A program made the translations under genes and the position numbers. This document shows, piece by piece, positions 61,801 to 64,000 of a stretch of DNA of 64,000 nucleotides (position 1 is its first letter; the number at the start of each line of letters is the position of its first letter). The notes under the pieces are model-generated. The model saw only the letters and a list, made by a program, of their open reading frames with translations, did no database searches and was not told the origin of the DNA. The DNA is from Vermamoeba vermiformis (Eukaryota), in contig JBEWZL010000244.1 in assembly GCA_045837725.1 (NCBI GenBank), positions 62,001 to 126,000 of the forward strand, written 5' to 3'.

Positions 61801-63212
61801 TTTCCGAACTCGAAGAAAACAAAAAGGTACGGAAATAAGTGCCATAGTTATATTATATCGTTAGCTGACAACGCATTTAGCGTATTGAAGAAGAGATTGT
61901 CAAGTTCGAACGAGAGCGAATGGAAATTGAAGAAGCGATCGACAGCATCAATTTGAAGGTACGTTATGTCACGGCAATGGCATTAAAAAGTCCATGCGTC
62001 TTAACGGTTTTGTATTCGTAGTCTAAACCATTCATTACCGATCACGACGCGAAGACTAAACAGACACAAGAGTTGTTGAAAAAGTCTGAAAAAGTCGAAA
62101 ATGAAATCACAAACTTGCATCAAGCCATCACAACGATTCAAACGCACTTGGGCAAGTACGAACAGGCCGTGACTAAGTTACAACAAGAAGTACAAGAGAA
62201 GGAAGAGATGAAGGCTAATTTAGAGGCCGAGCTAGAGGACACTTCGGCCAAGGCTGAACGAATCTGTGACCGCGTTGAAGTCACCAAGAGTCACGCGCAG
62301 TTAGACAAGGAGATTGGTGCTCTTGAACGAAACTTGGAAAAAGAGTCGCGAAGGTACGTGCAACCGATATATAGCGCGCCCACGTTATTAATTATGGTGT
62401 ATGTTTAGGCGCCGTACGTTCCAAGAAGTCTCTGAGAACTTCGTCAATGCCAAGAAAGTGTTCAAAACAACGAAGAAAACTATCGACAGAATGTCTCAGT
62501 TCTGCGATGTAAGTGCCATCCACAATACTAAGAATATTAAATTAATACTAATCTGGTTATATAGCACCTCGAGAAAGCATTCAAAGTGCGTGGTAAAATG
62601 TGGGTCCAATTCCGCGCGTCAATCGAACGAAGGTGCAAAATGTTGTTCAACAATTTTTTGTCGCAACGAGGTTACGCTGGCCACGTGGACTTTGATCACG
62701 AGCAAAAAAAGCTTGAGATTAAAGTACAGCTGGAAAGAACACGCGACGAGGCTGTGGCGCAAGACACGCGCTCGTTGTCCGGTGGTGAACGATCATTCTC
62801 GACCGTGTCACTGTTGTTAGCCCTGTGGGAGGCCATGGAGAGTCCGTTCAGAGCCATGGACGAGTTCGACGTGTACATGGTGCGTAGTATAGTGTTGACA
62901 TATATGTCATAGTATTAATATTGTTGCCTATTCTAGGACGCGTTGAACAGAAACTTGAGTGTAAAAATTTTGTTGCAAGCCGCGAAAGAGCACGCGCACC
63001 GTCAGTTCATTTTCATTTCACCTCACGACCTAGGGTACGTATAGCTAATACTAGGCCATAGGGTATATATATACTAATTTTCTTCTTGTAGTGTTGTTAA
63101 GGCCAGCAAACGCGTCAAGATTATTAAGATGCGACCGCCAGAACGTGGATTTGGTCAGCGAACCATTGACGAAACTATTGGTGGAGGACGTGCTAATAGC
63201 GGTGATGATTAA
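58838..63212 (+). CDS. SMC6: Structural maintenance of chromosomes protein 6
   Basis: LENFMCH, GVNGSGKSA, coiled coils, hinge PIGPLG, LSGGERSFSTVSLLLALW...MDEFDVYMD; one GC-AG intron (59704-59764). Confidence 0.95.
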
Positions 63213-63343
63213 CCCAATCGATGTATTATTTATAAAATATCGCAATTTTGAAGACTTTGTTGGTTGTAACAGATGCACGTGTCCCCACAAAACAAAACCT
63301 GTATCATTTTTTTGTGGACATTATTCGCACTTTTTTGACCTTC

Positions 63344-64000
63344 ATGAGCAGTTGTTACTTGGTCAGTGGAAGTGCATCACACGATATTATTTCTAAAGGG
63401 GTGAGTAGGCGGAGCAGCTTCGTGTTGTGTTTTGAGTTGCATTAATTTATTTACAATTCAAATTATTATTTTAATAATTTAATAGAGTTGTTGTGACATG
63501 AGGAAATTTAAATTGAGTTCTATTACTTGCCAAACTCGGATCTGACGAATTTCTTAATTTTTTTAAATATTCCAAAATCACCCAACTAACAATTATTCTC
63601 ATAGACATACACACCACAGTTAAAATACGAATTAATACCCTATTCATTCATCGATGTCACGCCTGTCGAGATTATAACCCACCTCCTGACGAATTATTTG
63701 GATTCAGAGTCGTTCAGCGCTTGTCGCTATGTCTGCCATACCTTCAACGCCATACTTACAACTAAGCCCGAGTTGTATTGGGAGATCCGATACAACCAGT
63801 ATTTTGGCGGCCCAAAGTCAAATCTGCTTAGCTGGAAAGAGGCTTATATGAAAGCTAAGCGAGATCTGCTGCATTTTATGGCCACGACGAAGAAGCGCGA
63901 CTCTTTTTATACTCCACTCCCTTCATTAGACCAAATCTCAATCGCGAGCCTGGATGGGATCGAATCTAACCCTTCCATCTTACACTGGATCATGGTGCAA
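63344..64000 (+). CDS. F-box protein (3' end runs off window)
   Basis: Exon 1 MSSCYLVSG...SKG, phase-0 intron 63401-63604, then PVEIITHLLTNYLDSESFSACRYVCHTFN...W...SWKEAY. Confidence 0.7.

Noticed and set aside
1-64000. Prokaryotic operon, prophage or CRISPR interpretation of the window
   Set aside because: Pervasive spliceosomal introns, Pol III tRNA terminators and eukaryote-specific genes (ORC3, SMC6, VAMP7); no repeat-spacer array seen.

Overview
Gene-dense, AT-rich eukaryotic chromosomal DNA with many short (mostly 45-170 nt) GT-AG spliceosomal introns. Gene content suggests a free-living protist, probably an amoebozoan (inference; I cannot name the species). I find 28 protein-coding genes (including ECI, a receptor Tyr-kinase-like gene, FANCF-like, VAMP7, CCDC97, ferrochelatase, a SCAF4/8-Nrd1/Seb1-like gene, ORC3, ALDH7, SMC6 and five F-box genes) and three tRNA-Lys genes. 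No CRISPR array or transposase. Most notable: (1) an inverted pair of paralogs (14263-17184 +, 19173-21752 -) encoding helical N-domain + CCCH zinc finger + EXD1/Egalitarian-type DEDDy exonuclease + Ycf45/SpoIIIAA-type ATPase; both show a +1 frame offset in the nuclease-ATPase linker, share identical tracts in the ATPase exon, and are bracketed by a perfect 51-bp inverted repeat; (2) an unassigned ~335-nt structured RNA candidate at 23921-24255; (3) a UGUA cluster plus AATAAA in the long intron of the Nrd1/Seb1-like gene, suggesting autoregulation; (4) an 11.2-kb block between identical 173-bp tRNA-containing direct repeats; (5) two alternative terminal exons in VAMP7; (6) a tRNA nested in a LIM-gene intron; (7) a Pol-beta-type nucleotidyltransferase fused to a MATH domain. 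CDS coordinates are hand-spliced gene spans including introns; family calls come from motif recognition, not database searches.
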